Source of the DNA: a phage
Direction: 5' to 3' (one strand)
Assembly: GCA_024613925.1 (NCBI GenBank)
Contig: GCA_024613925.1_4713.1
Length of the DNA: 64,000 nt
Shown in pieces: positions 33,940 to 43,428 of this stretch (positions are counted from its first letter, which is position 1; the number at the start of each line of letters is the position of its first letter). The notes under the pieces are model-generated. The model had not been told where the DNA came from and did not search any database. It was given only the letters and a program-made list of their open reading frames with translations. Made by a program: the position numbers and the translations under genes.

Positions 33940-36807
33940 ATGAGTAATAATGACGTTGCGAAGGCACTCATGAACAAATTTGTCGCTCCTGCTCCGCAGT
34001 CACGTCTTTATAATACACGTGATGCGGAAGGAGCGAACGGTCGTTTCGGGTTAGTTGTTCCCGACCAAATGACGATGAACACGGTTACGCGTGCGACCGC
34101 GACAAACATCGAGGATAATAAAAACATCCTCGAGTTGTTCCCTGAACTTAAACGCGTGATGCAGATCTATGTTGCCGCGTTGACGAACCCTAACGATCTT
34201 AAGACGGTCGAGATGTTTATCGACAGCGAAGATTTCCCCGGCAGAGTCGCAGAAATCGTTCAGCCGATGATCGATACCATCGACACGCATTTTAAGAATA
34301 TCTATAAAATAAAGACGCTTATCCCTCGTATCATCGAAGACGTCTTCTTTATCAAGGGCAGTTATAACTTCGTTGTTCTGCCAGAAAGCACGCTCGACCG
34401 CGCCATTAATGGTAACGGTCAACTGAAACTTGAAGAATACGGATTTAAAGACAACCATTTTGCAAGTTGGGGGCTTCTAGGTAACGACAGTCGCAAACGC
34501 CACGAAAATCAATTACCTGCGACGGTTTCGATGGAAGATTATTTCTCAGGCGTTAATGAAACCATACCGTACGATCCTGTTGTTCGCATAGACAGCATTA
34601 AGTTTACCAATACCCTGCTTCGTGATAAGGACGGTAAATTCATTGAAGCGAAGATCGATATTCCGGATATGGTTACGGTTGTCGATAACCCAGACATCCT
34701 CCGCATGCCTATTCTACATCAACGTCGAGCAGCGACCGCGGTACAACGTGCGTTACGTGCGAACACGTTAGGTGGTAGTGGTTTGGTAACACTGTCAGGT
34801 GACCCAACCCTAACCGCTAACCGACGTGAGCTGACGCAAGAACAGGTTAACGAGATCTGGAATAAACTCAACATCCAGCGCCACACCAAGGTATCGCCCG
34901 TTTACGCGCTGGCAACCCCAGATACACTCGATCGTCAAAGCGTCGGTCATCCTGGTGTGATGCATGTACCACCTGAGGCATTAGAACCCGTACATGCGCC
35001 CGGTGATCCTGAGAACCATATCGGGTATTTGGTTCAGTTGGATGAGTTTGGTTATCCAGTACGTTTGGTTGAAGATGCAGCGTATTACAAGCAGTTGGAA
35101 GGTCGGTTGTCGAAGATCACCGCGGATATCGCAGGGACTTCAAGCAACGGCATGGCGAGCGAGATGATTGGTGCAGCCAAGAACATGATCCAAGGTACGT
35201 CATGTAATCAGGTAGACATGTCGGCCTTCGTATCGTCGTACGAATCGCTGATGCAACGTTACATCGTTGAACGTATTGTCAACGGTTATCTTGGCAGTGC
35301 GGTGGAAATCGGCGCGACATCATCGTTTTATCTGTCGATGCTTGCCCGTAGCCTCGCTCACAAGCAGACCCGTGTTTTGTTTATTCCTCGAGAGATGGTG
35401 ACTTACATCGCCTATGAATACAACAAATACGGTATCGGTCGTTCGCTGCTTGAAAGTACGAAGATGATCTCGTCGCAACGAGCCATGCTCATGGTTCAAG
35501 AACTGATGGCGAAAATCAAAAGTTCGTTGAACTATACGACGTTAAGCGTAATGCTTGAAGACACCGACAGAAACCCGGTCGATACCGTCGAACAAGCGCT
35601 GCATAGTTTCGCTCGCGTCTACCAGTCTGGTTTCCCGTTGGGTGAAACTAACCCAATGGATATCATCAACGCGTACGAACGAAGCTCGATTCGATTGAAG
35701 GTTGAGGGGAATAACCCACGCTTCCCGAAATTGAATACAGATGTCAGCGTTGAGCAGCGTAACTATCAGTCTCCTGATAATGAATTGATGGATCGTTATC
35801 GTCGTGACCATTTCATGGGCTTGGGTGTGTCTCCGGAGATTATCGATACTTCCTACCAATCTGAATTCGCAGCTTCTGTGATTACAGCTAACGCGATGCA
35901 AGAGAAACAGTTCACGGTTTGTCGTGAGGTGATCACGAATGGGTTATCGGACCACATCAAGAAATATACGGCATACAGTCCCGTGTTGTTGACGTCGTTA
36001 CGAAACACGGTTCGTGCGAACATGTCTAAGCTCTCCCAGGCACAATTGAAGCAGCTTTTTGGTAGCGATTTCGAAAACGGTGTTATCCGTAACGTTAACG
36101 CCTATCAGGAGATTGACGACCAATCAGCAACAATGGATCTGGATTACACTAAACCAGAAGTCCAGGAAGTTATTGCCGATGCTTATGTGTCCATGTTCTT
36201 AAACAGCCTGCGTGTGCGTTTACCGGATAGCAATGCTCGTCGCCTTGAAGATCAGGTACGTGAATATAATCAGTACAAGGAAGCGATTACTGCGCAACTT
36301 GATGATTATTTAACGCCTGATTACGTCATGGGTCTGGGTGGGGTTGATGAAACAACGCTGCAGATGATCCGCGCATGCATTATTGGTACCGCGATGCGTA
36401 CGTGGGCAAAAGAGAACAACTTCAATCAGGAGCTGGCTGATCTCTTCAGTCTTGACGATAAGAAGAATGCCGTGCAAGATTGGAAACGTATGTCCATGGA
36501 ACATATTGAAGTCATGGGTAAATGCATGGGTGATTTTGCATTGTATATTCAGAATCTGACGAAGAAGATTGAAGAGAAGATGGGAGCTCAAGCACAGGAC
36601 GGCAGCGTTTCATCTGACGGTTCGTGGTCATCCGATTCAAGTAGCGATACCGGTTCTTCTGATGACTTCGGTGGCGGTGACGATTTCGGAGATACCGATT
36701 TCGATACCGAAACGATGGAGGAAACCTCAACAGAAGAAACAACCACATCTGAGGAAACGACTACCAACACAACGTCAGAAGACGACACTTCAGGTGACAT
36801 TGTCTAA
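33898..36807 (+). CDS. large hypothetical protein with acidic Ser/Thr/Asp/Glu-rich C-terminal tail
   Basis: 969-aa ORF; last about 70 aa are low complexity (SSDGSWSSDSSSDTGSSDDFGGGDDFGDTDFDTE...); candidate virion protein. Confidence 0.5.
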   Translation: MNDINKGRVALERQMSNNDVAKALMNKFVAPAPQSRLYNTRDAEGANGRFGLVVPDQMTMNTVTRATATNIEDNKNILELFPELKRVMQIYVAALTNPNDLKTVEMFIDSEDFPGRVAEIVQPMIDTIDTHFKNIYKIKTLIPRIIEDVFFIKGSYNFVVLPESTLDRAINGNGQLKLEEYGFKDNHFASWGLLGNDSRKRHENQLPATVSMEDYFSGVNETIPYDPVVRIDSIKFTNTLLRDKDGKFIEAKIDIPDMVTVVDNPDILRMPILHQRRAATAVQRALRANTLGGSGLVTLSGDPTLTANRRELTQEQVNEIWNKLNIQRHTKVSPVYALATPDTLDRQSVGHPGVMHVPPEALEPVHAPGDPENHIGYLVQLDEFGYPVRLVEDAAYYKQLEGRLSKITADIAGTSSNGMASEMIGAAKNMIQGTSCNQVDMSAFVSSYESLMQRYIVERIVNGYLGSAVEIGATSSFYLSMLARSLAHKQTRVLFIPREMVTYIAYEYNKYGIGRSLLESTKMISSQRAMLMVQELMAKIKSSLNYTTLSVMLEDTDRNPVDTVEQALHSFARVYQSGFPLGETNPMDIINAYERSSIRLKVEGNNPRFPKLNTDVSVEQRNYQSPDNELMDRYRRDHFMGLGVSPEIIDTSYQSEFAASVITANAMQEKQFTVCREVITNGLSDHIKKYTAYSPVLLTSLRNTVRANMSKLSQAQLKQLFGSDFENGVIRNVNAYQEIDDQSATMDLDYTKPEVQEVIADAYVSMFLNSLRVRLPDSNARRLEDQVREYNQYKEAITAQLDDYLTPDYVMGLGGVDETTLQMIRACIIGTAMRTWAKENNFNQELADLFSLDDKKNAVQDWKRMSMEHIEVMGKCMGDFALYIQNLTKKIEEKMGAQAQDGSVSSDGSWSSDSSSDTGSSDDFGGGDDFGDTDFDTETMEETSTEETTTSEETTTNTTSEDDTSGDIV

Positions 36808-36837
36808 ACGGATGTAAAAAAAATAACACATAGTTAA

Positions 36838-36872
36838 CCTTCTCCCCAACCCGATGAGGGAAGGGGAGAAGG
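36838..36872. terminator. CCTCC/GGAGG-arm hairpin between convergent genes (probably bidirectional terminator)
   Basis: ccttctcccc-aacccgatgagggaa-ggggagaagg with A8 upstream and a T-rich run downstream. Confidence 0.6.
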
Positions 36873-36889
36873 GCTATGCGCTATTTAAT

Positions 36890-37165
36890 TTATTTCGAGG
36901 TTAACCACGATTCAATTGTGGTGAGTTTGCTTCTCAGTACGCGCCAACTAGGGTGTGGTGGGATCACAGCGCCTTTGTCGATTACGGTTAGCTGAACCTG
37001 GTACTTCTGTTGCATACGTGCTACCGTGTCGCTTATCGAGAGGAAAAGCTGGTAACGTTCATATGCCGTCAGTTCACTGTCCTGTTGAACTGCGTTGGCC
37101 GCTAACGTAATTTCGCGTAAGTCCTTTGCATCCACAGAGACGGTAATGAGTTTATATTGACTCAT
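36890..37165 (-). CDS. hypothetical protein
   Basis: 91-aa ORF, co-oriented with the downstream large genes. Confidence 0.4.
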   Translation of the reverse strand: MSQYKLITVSVDAKDLREITLAANAVQQDSELTAYERYQLFLSISDTVARMQQKYQVQLTVIDKGAVIPPHPSWRVLRSKLTTIESWLTSK

Positions 37166-37226
37166 ACGGTTTCCTTATCAACTAGGGTATTGCAGATACA
37201 ATACCCGTCGTCGGACGATAAGTTAA

Positions 37227-39785
37227 TTACTGCTCTTCACGTTCCAGCAGATACTCGGAAGCGGTAATACCGTTTACCGTACGTACTGCTTTCAGACGAG
37301 TATCATCACTCAGAATCACGGTAACAGATTGCAGACCTTTTACTTTGGTTTCGAAGGTCTTGAACACCTGATCCAGCATACGAGCAATGCTTGGGTTGGT
37401 TGCAGCCGATGCGTGAGTGTAACCGCTCTGGTTCAGCTTCAGAATCTTGGCGTTGGTCGGTACGCGAACAACAACATGCGGACGCATCGCGAACACGCTG
37501 TGATTAAACCAGTAAGCATCGTTGCTATCTTCGTCGGTAACGATGTCCGGATTAACACGCATATCCTCGATAGCCGCATCCGCCAAACGACGTTCGATTT
37601 CGTCAGCATCCAGAGAGCCATCTTTCTCCAGTTCTGCACGATACTCGCTCATGGCAACCAGATGACGTTCACGATTCGCTGCGGATTTTTCGTGAGCTGC
37701 TTTCAGGTAGTCATGCATGTTGTACAGTTCAGCCATGGAAAGACGAATGTTCCACTGACCTTCGCCATCACGATTGCAGTAGAGACACTTCAGCATGTTG
37801 ACCCAGGTGTAGTAGCAATTGGAGAACTCATCTTCAATGAACTTCTGGTCCATTTTAAGATCGTGAATCAGCCAACCGGACAGTTCTCCGATATCATCAA
37901 CGAAGCTAGAGATGGTGGTTTCAGAGAAGTTCTTCGGTACGATACGTTTGATCAGCTTATTGACGTCTTTGGTCATGCTATCGTTCAGGAAATGCCAGAT
38001 ACGCAGAGGAATGACATCTCGATACTGTTGCATGATCTGACGATAAGCTTTGATATCGTCGCTACGACCTTTATCAATAGACAACGCATCCAGGAATTCA
38101 TGGATTGCATCCAGCTCTTTGTCGGTATAGGTTCCCAGATAGGAATTGACGGTGGCCAGGAATGCTAATGCGTCGTTTTGGTTAACGTCGGTGTTGGTCT
38201 GCTGAATGATCGCCACTGCGGCTTTAGTTTCAGCATCCTCAACGCTTGACGCTGCGATTGCATCGGTGACGGTAAACAGTTTCATTTCGCGCTGCTCACC
38301 GACAACGATTGGCTCACGCTGAACCGGCTTGTTAAGACTAACACGAACAACTTCTGCTTGCGCGATGCGATCCAGTTTTGCCATTTCCTGCTCTGCCATA
38401 CGACGAGCGGTTGGATCTGATTCAAGTTCGATGTATTCCACTTCTTCCTCCGTGAGGGATGTAATGTCAACAATGGTTTCATGAAGAATTCCGTTTTCGT
38501 CGATACGTGCCCGACGAGCGAAGTGCCTGAAGTCATACAACGTTGGCCAGCGACTATTAGGTGCGTAGTCTTTGGCTTTCAGACGCATCTGCATAAATTC
38601 TTCATGTTGAACAACACGACCGTAACGCTTAGCATCTTCGGTCGCATCAATTGGATTAACGGTCTTTGTTACCGTAGCGGAACGAGCCGTACGAATGGGT
38701 TCCGGTTTCACCTGCGCAGGTTCAGGTTGAACGGGTTTCTGCTGCCCAGCCTTAACATGCCATTCGGGCTCTTCGTACTGCTCAGCAAATTGCTCAGCCG
38801 CTGCAAAGATATCGTTGATACCACCAATATCTCCTTCAGGATTTGTCGAGTAAATCCGTGGTTGTGGTGCCTCGTAACGCGGCGCTGTAGCAGCAGGTGC
38901 ATCATCAACGATAGGATCGTCATCACCAACATCATACAAACGGTTGAACGCACAATCCTTCGAATCGATGTACGATGGCGCTTGTGGTTGAACAACCGTC
39001 GGCCGAGGTTGTGCGCCGTATCCTGGCGTTGTTGGAGCCATACCACGCATAACTGCCGGATTAGGCCGGTATTGCGGTTGTGGATAGGTTCCACCATACA
39101 TGGCATATGCAGGCTGTTGTGGTTGACCGTACCCGTTGCTAACCATTGCGCTTGCTTGCGGCCCACGATAAGTCATCCCCATCTGCATCACCTGCTGCTT
39201 CAAACCACGTGACTTCTGAGCGATTTGCGCTAGGCTTCCGCTTTTATTCAGCTGCGTGTACTTATTCGCGGCTTCCGGGTTAATGCGTGATAATTCAATC
39301 GCGCGATAATATTCCGGGTACTGATTAGGTTCAAAGAGCCACGTTACAAGATGATACAGCGCAACTGTGCTCACAGCAGCAGAGACGATCTGGTCGTCGG
39401 ACGCGTTCTGCGGCATCGGGTTGATGTAAGAGAACACGTTCCAACAACAGTCTTCAACAAGCGATTCCATCATCATGTCGTTATTGGTATAACGTGCGAC
39501 GAACTCGGTTTGTATTTTGTCTTGCTGAGCGAAGTCTTTCAGGACATTAAAGATAGCTTGACGGATTTTAACGATCGTCGCTTCTTGGGTGATGAAGTTA
39601 TAGTTCTGCTGATATGAGGGTTGTTGGTATTGTGGTGGTTGATAGGCGTTATTCGGGTATGCGCCGTACGGTGATTGCTGATACTGTTGCTGACGAACCT
39701 GTTCAGCCGCATAATTAACCGTGCTCGTATAAGGGTTTTCGCTATAGCCCATTTGTTGATACATGTTGTTACTACCGTTATACAT
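37227..39785 (-). CDS. large protein with Q/Y/P-rich low-complexity N-terminal and internal regions
   Basis: 852 aa; N-terminal about 65 aa and residues about 215..260 rich in Q, Y, P, N, G (YQQ, PQQP, QPQ repeats); long codon-aligned antisense ORFs suggest strong codon bias. Confidence 0.55.
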   Translation of the reverse strand: MYNGSNNMYQQMGYSENPYTSTVNYAAEQVRQQQYQQSPYGAYPNNAYQPPQYQQPSYQQNYNFITQEATIVKIRQAIFNVLKDFAQQDKIQTEFVARYTNNDMMMESLVEDCCWNVFSYINPMPQNASDDQIVSAAVSTVALYHLVTWLFEPNQYPEYYRAIELSRINPEAANKYTQLNKSGSLAQIAQKSRGLKQQVMQMGMTYRGPQASAMVSNGYGQPQQPAYAMYGGTYPQPQYRPNPAVMRGMAPTTPGYGAQPRPTVVQPQAPSYIDSKDCAFNRLYDVGDDDPIVDDAPAATAPRYEAPQPRIYSTNPEGDIGGINDIFAAAEQFAEQYEEPEWHVKAGQQKPVQPEPAQVKPEPIRTARSATVTKTVNPIDATEDAKRYGRVVQHEEFMQMRLKAKDYAPNSRWPTLYDFRHFARRARIDENGILHETIVDITSLTEEEVEYIELESDPTARRMAEQEMAKLDRIAQAEVVRVSLNKPVQREPIVVGEQREMKLFTVTDAIAASSVEDAETKAAVAIIQQTNTDVNQNDALAFLATVNSYLGTYTDKELDAIHEFLDALSIDKGRSDDIKAYRQIMQQYRDVIPLRIWHFLNDSMTKDVNKLIKRIVPKNFSETTISSFVDDIGELSGWLIHDLKMDQKFIEDEFSNCYYTWVNMLKCLYCNRDGEGQWNIRLSMAELYNMHDYLKAAHEKSAANRERHLVAMSEYRAELEKDGSLDADEIERRLADAAIEDMRVNPDIVTDEDSNDAYWFNHSVFAMRPHVVVRVPTNAKILKLNQSGYTHASAATNPSIARMLDQVFKTFETKVKGLQSVTVILSDDTRLKAVRTVNGITASEYLLEREEQ

Positions 39786-39819
39786 TTCTTACGATCCTTT
39801 TTATTTATTCGGTTAGGTG

Positions 39820-41619
39820 TCAATCGATTATGTCGTGATCGTTAATTTCTACAATTTCTTCATCGAATCGACCGACGTCTTTCTTCAAGCCTGCATTGGT
39901 TGCTGCAACGTCATTTGCAATTTGTGGGGTAATGATTAACCGACCGCGTTCGTCGATAGGTGCGTACATACTGAACTTCTGACGTCCGGTTGGTTCGGAG
40001 TGTGGAAGATTCAGATAGCTTGCACAGAACGGGATGGAACCACTAACCAAACGACTCTCGTCAGCCAATGCAGCACCGCCTGCGTTTTGGCTCTGGAGAA
40101 CAACATGCGTGCTCACTTTGAACAGCATGCAATCACCAGGTGACTGAATCGATGTTGCCACTTTTTCACGTTTGTCACGATTGCTCTGGATATTGAGAAT
40201 CGCTTCCGTTGCAACTTGATTTCGCAACGCCTTCTGTACATCGCGATTGGTCATCTCTTTACGGTTGTTCTGTCGTTTACCACGTTCCGTGGTTTTAAGA
40301 TGGAACCCCAGTTTAAAGATGCTCTTACGCACATCCTCCATGACATATTCCAACACCATCAATTCCTTACCGAACATCGTCGTGGTATCAACACGACTCA
40401 TTTCGATAGTGACATTATCAATCAGATACGCCATAAATTCGTAGAAGTCGTCGCAAGGAATATTTTCCTGTTTGAACTTCTTCTGTTGAATCTCGTCAAC
40501 GTAAAGATCGAGACTGTCGATGTGGTGGTTTACATCACGCAACAAACGCGCATCCGCATTGTTGTTATTAAAGATAATCAAACCGAGTAATGTACGCCAA
40601 TGGTCTGGCGCATTCGCGAACTCTTCAACCGGATAGTCTTCCGGAAAACGATCGTAATAACGGTCGATGAGATACAAGAATGCACCGACAAGGCCAAGAA
40701 CAATACGTTCCGTGCCTCCACGTCTTACAGCAATTTGAATATCAGGATGTTTGTAACGTACAGCGCTAGCGCTACGACTTTTACCGCTTTTGCTGATACT
40801 AAAGCCTTTAGGAATAACCCCCATGGTGCGATAGATTACCCATTGGTCACGCGGAAAATCACGTTCAGCAAGGTTCCGTCCGGTTACGGCTTCGACACCT
40901 GCAAAACGTCGGAAACACTCACCCACCCCGTACTTCGCAAAGAGATAGTGACCCAGTGTGGTTACGCTGGTGTGGTTGATGTTGTCGCCGTTCACTTTAC
41001 TTTGTTTGGTAAGATGATAGATTTGCGACCAGGGTAATGACAGGTAATGACGATAATCGATACCGGTCGGTGTATCATTGCTCAGGAACTGATACGGTGT
41101 ACGTTTAACCGTGATTTTGTCACGCGGAAGCATGATGAACGCCATGTCTTTCGTGTAACTGATTACAGGGTCAGCGAGCACCGCACTGAGAATGAAGTTC
41201 GCACCACGTAGACGCATTTTACCACCCTGACCTACTGCGGGCAATAGGAGAGGGTGTCGGATAATACAGTAGTCCTTTCCTGGTTCACGACGGTCACCTG
41301 ATTCCATCGCGCCGTACCAGCGGAATTCTAGCATCACCATAAACACATCGGAAGGCGCAAGGTCGAAGGTCAGCTTACCGCTATCCTTCCCTTTGGTTTT
41401 CTTTCCTCCGCTTAAGTAGTGGAACTGTTCGCGGGCCATACAGCGACGCAGGCCATGATACACCAGATCCTTAGGTAAACTATCTTTGCTGTTCCGCCAA
41501 AGACGATCAACATAGGACTCAACATCTTGCATCTTATCGACGACGATGTTGCGTGCTATCTTCTCGTTCATCTTCGGTGCAAGCTCAGCGACAGCTTTGC
41601 AGAATCTAGGATCCATCAC
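39820..41619 (-). CDS. hypothetical protein
   Basis: 599-aa ORF; no polymerase (NADFDGD-type) or other motif recognised. Confidence 0.5.
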   Translation of the reverse strand: MMDPRFCKAVAELAPKMNEKIARNIVVDKMQDVESYVDRLWRNSKDSLPKDLVYHGLRRCMAREQFHYLSGGKKTKGKDSGKLTFDLAPSDVFMVMLEFRWYGAMESGDRREPGKDYCIIRHPLLLPAVGQGGKMRLRGANFILSAVLADPVISYTKDMAFIMLPRDKITVKRTPYQFLSNDTPTGIDYRHYLSLPWSQIYHLTKQSKVNGDNINHTSVTTLGHYLFAKYGVGECFRRFAGVEAVTGRNLAERDFPRDQWVIYRTMGVIPKGFSISKSGKSRSASAVRYKHPDIQIAVRRGGTERIVLGLVGAFLYLIDRYYDRFPEDYPVEEFANAPDHWRTLLGLIIFNNNNADARLLRDVNHHIDSLDLYVDEIQQKKFKQENIPCDDFYEFMAYLIDNVTIEMSRVDTTTMFGKELMVLEYVMEDVRKSIFKLGFHLKTTERGKRQNNRKEMTNRDVQKALRNQVATEAILNIQSNRDKREKVATSIQSPGDCMLFKVSTHVVLQSQNAGGAALADESRLVSGSIPFCASYLNLPHSEPTGRQKFSMYAPIDERGRLIITPQIANDVAATNAGLKKDVGRFDEEIVEINDHDIID

Positions 41620-41655
41620 ACACTCCTTTCAGAAAGTTGCTTAAGCAGATTAAAG

Positions 41656-43098
41656 TTACTTTTTCGATGCCGCTTTCTCAAGAATCTTGAAAAAGGTCAT
41701 ACCTATACCGACAACGGCCGCAGTTATACTCGCAGCGGCTTTCCAAACATCGACGTTACGTTGACGTCGCGCTTCTTCCGCCTCACGTTGTCTTTTTGCC
41801 TCCTCATCACGTCGACGTATCTCAGCAGCAAACTCGTCGTGCTTACGTTTAGCTTCTTCGTCTCGACGACGAAGTTCAGCGACGAATTCTTCATGTTTGC
41901 GTTTAGCCTCGTCATCACGACGTTTTAAATCAGCTTGATAATCTTCGTGTATTTGTCTACGTAGATCATCTTGACGCTTCATTTCGGCTTGGTGTTGTTC
42001 CATCCTACGTTTTTGTTCGTCTTTAAGCTGATCGAGTTCGGCTTTATGTTGTTCATCGCGCAGCTTTGCGTCGGCGCGATGCGCCTCATGCATCTGTGCG
42101 ATAACTGCCTTGTGTTCATCCGCCATACGTCGCATTTCAGCCATCACCCCTTTAAGGGTTTCTTCTGATGCCTTACGTTCGTAGCTACGTTGGTCGAAAT
42201 CATTTTTGTAGGCTTCTTTTTGGATGGGGTCGCGCCAATGCAATGCCGATTCACGTGTCGGAAAAACATTGTACTTCCACATCTCTTTTTCCAAATCTTC
42301 GACCGGTACGAAGATGGAGTCATTATTCCCGAAGGTAACCAACATACCTGGCGCGCCTGCTCCATTCGTTGGTTTTATTTCGAACGCTTTCCCCAGCACG
42401 TTAACCCATAAGCTATACGGATTATGAAAGTCGGGTGGCGTCCAATGGATAGTGAGTTGCGTTCCGAGAATTCGGAAACCCTCTGTTTTTCCCGTCAAGC
42501 TCCGCGCGCACGTTGCGATGTAGGGGTGATCAATCCCTTTCGTAACGTGGTCTGCGCTTTTGTATTCTCCTTTAACTTTTACGATTGCCACGTTGATTTG
42601 CGCGACATAAGCGGGTTGATTAAAGTTCAACGTGTTGAGGTCAATTTGACATATTTCATCCAGCGTATCGTACCAGTCTTGCTGGTCTAATAGGCGCGGC
42701 ATTTTCTCGGTGTTAACAATACGACGGATATGCGGTTTCCTTATCGCGTAACCTGTGCCGTTTTTAACACGGAGTATATCCCGACGTCTACCCGCGTAGA
42801 CGAAGTTTCTGAATGCACCATTCGCATTAGATACGTCATGGCTGTCAACTATTACAGGACTACGAAATTTTGAACGTCGTACGATCCTGAATGTATTGCC
42901 GTCCTCAACCCTACCAGGAATGTACTGGAACATATTGTCGGAGGTGATCACCAACACGGTATGGCCAGATTCATTAATACATGCCCATCCTAATTCCAGG
43001 TCATATAACGGTTCAGCATAACCGTCAATGCGATAAGCGTGCGTACCATCCCACGGTTCGAACGCGGTATCACATATTGGCATGGAGGGCATCGTCAA
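41656..43098 (-). CDS. tail-anchored membrane protein with charged coiled-coil tandem repeats
   Basis: 480 aa; C-terminal hydrophobic helix AAASITAAVVGIGMTFFKIL; repeats RRDEEAKRKH(E/D)EF(V/A)AE(L/I)R; likely ATG start at about 43092 with GGAGG 6 nt upstream. Confidence 0.5.
   Translation of the reverse strand: MTMPSMPICDTAFEPWDGTHAYRIDGYAEPLYDLELGWACINESGHTVLVITSDNMFQYIPGRVEDGNTFRIVRRSKFRSPVIVDSHDVSNANGAFRNFVYAGRRRDILRVKNGTGYAIRKPHIRRIVNTEKMPRLLDQQDWYDTLDEICQIDLNTLNFNQPAYVAQINVAIVKVKGEYKSADHVTKGIDHPYIATCARSLTGKTEGFRILGTQLTIHWTPPDFHNPYSLWVNVLGKAFEIKPTNGAGAPGMLVTFGNNDSIFVPVEDLEKEMWKYNVFPTRESALHWRDPIQKEAYKNDFDQRSYERKASEETLKGVMAEMRRMADEHKAVIAQMHEAHRADAKLRDEQHKAELDQLKDEQKRRMEQHQAEMKRQDDLRRQIHEDYQADLKRRDDEAKRKHEEFVAELRRRDEEAKRKHDEFAAEIRRRDEEAKRQREAEEARRQRNVDVWKAAASITAAVVGIGMTFFKILEKAASKK
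41735..41945 (-). repeat. in-frame tandem DNA repeat (about 48 bp units) encoding the coiled-coil repeats
   Basis: recurring cgtttagc(t/c)tc.tc.tc.cgacg units read directly; boundaries approximate. Confidence 0.55.
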
Positions 43099-43240
43099 CC
43101 TCCATCTGATTGAAAACTATCACGCATAACGCATTTCCCTTTTCTTGTTCTTATCGAGCCGACAGCCGACGGTTTCAGCATCGTTCCTAGCGCGAGAACG
43201 ACCTTACGTGTTGTCTATGCCTTATTCATCGCAGGCGTCT

Positions 43241-43266
43241 GTCACCTAGGTAATGTAAGCGTCAAA
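43241..43266 (-). promoter_or_regulatory. conserved promoter-like motif, copy C (minus reading TTTGACGCTTACATTACCTAGGTGAC)
   Basis: near-identical to copies A, B and D; about 150 nt upstream of the start of 41656..43098 and just downstream of the terminator of the major structural gene. Confidence 0.5.
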
Positions 43267-43299
43267 TTTTTTCTATTCGCAACGTAAACGGCATAGAAA

Positions 43300-43329
43300 C
43301 CTCCCCCAACCCTTACGGGCTGAGGGAGG
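43300..43329 (-). terminator. intrinsic terminator: perfect 13-bp stem with GUAA tetraloop on the minus strand
   Basis: minus reading CCUCCCUCAGCCC-GUAA-GGGUUGGGGGAGG followed by UUUCUAUGCCGUUU; about 100 nt after the stop of 43429..45651. Confidence 0.75.
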
Positions 43330-43428
43330 CTGACTTATGTATCACGGTGCCGGATGAATGTCCGGTGCAATGAAACCATCCGCAACGTTGTCGTCAAGAA
43401 TATCGTCCAACGAAGCAGCTACGGTAGT

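Noticed and set aside
37329-39212. Plus-strand ORFs 37329..38168 and 38481..39212
   Set aside because: Antisense shadows inside the 852-aa minus-strand gene.
39820-41619. Phage multisubunit RNA polymerase fragment (as in phiKZ-like phages)
   Set aside because: No NADFDGD-type catalytic motif or other beta/beta-prime signature seen in this or neighbouring large ORFs.
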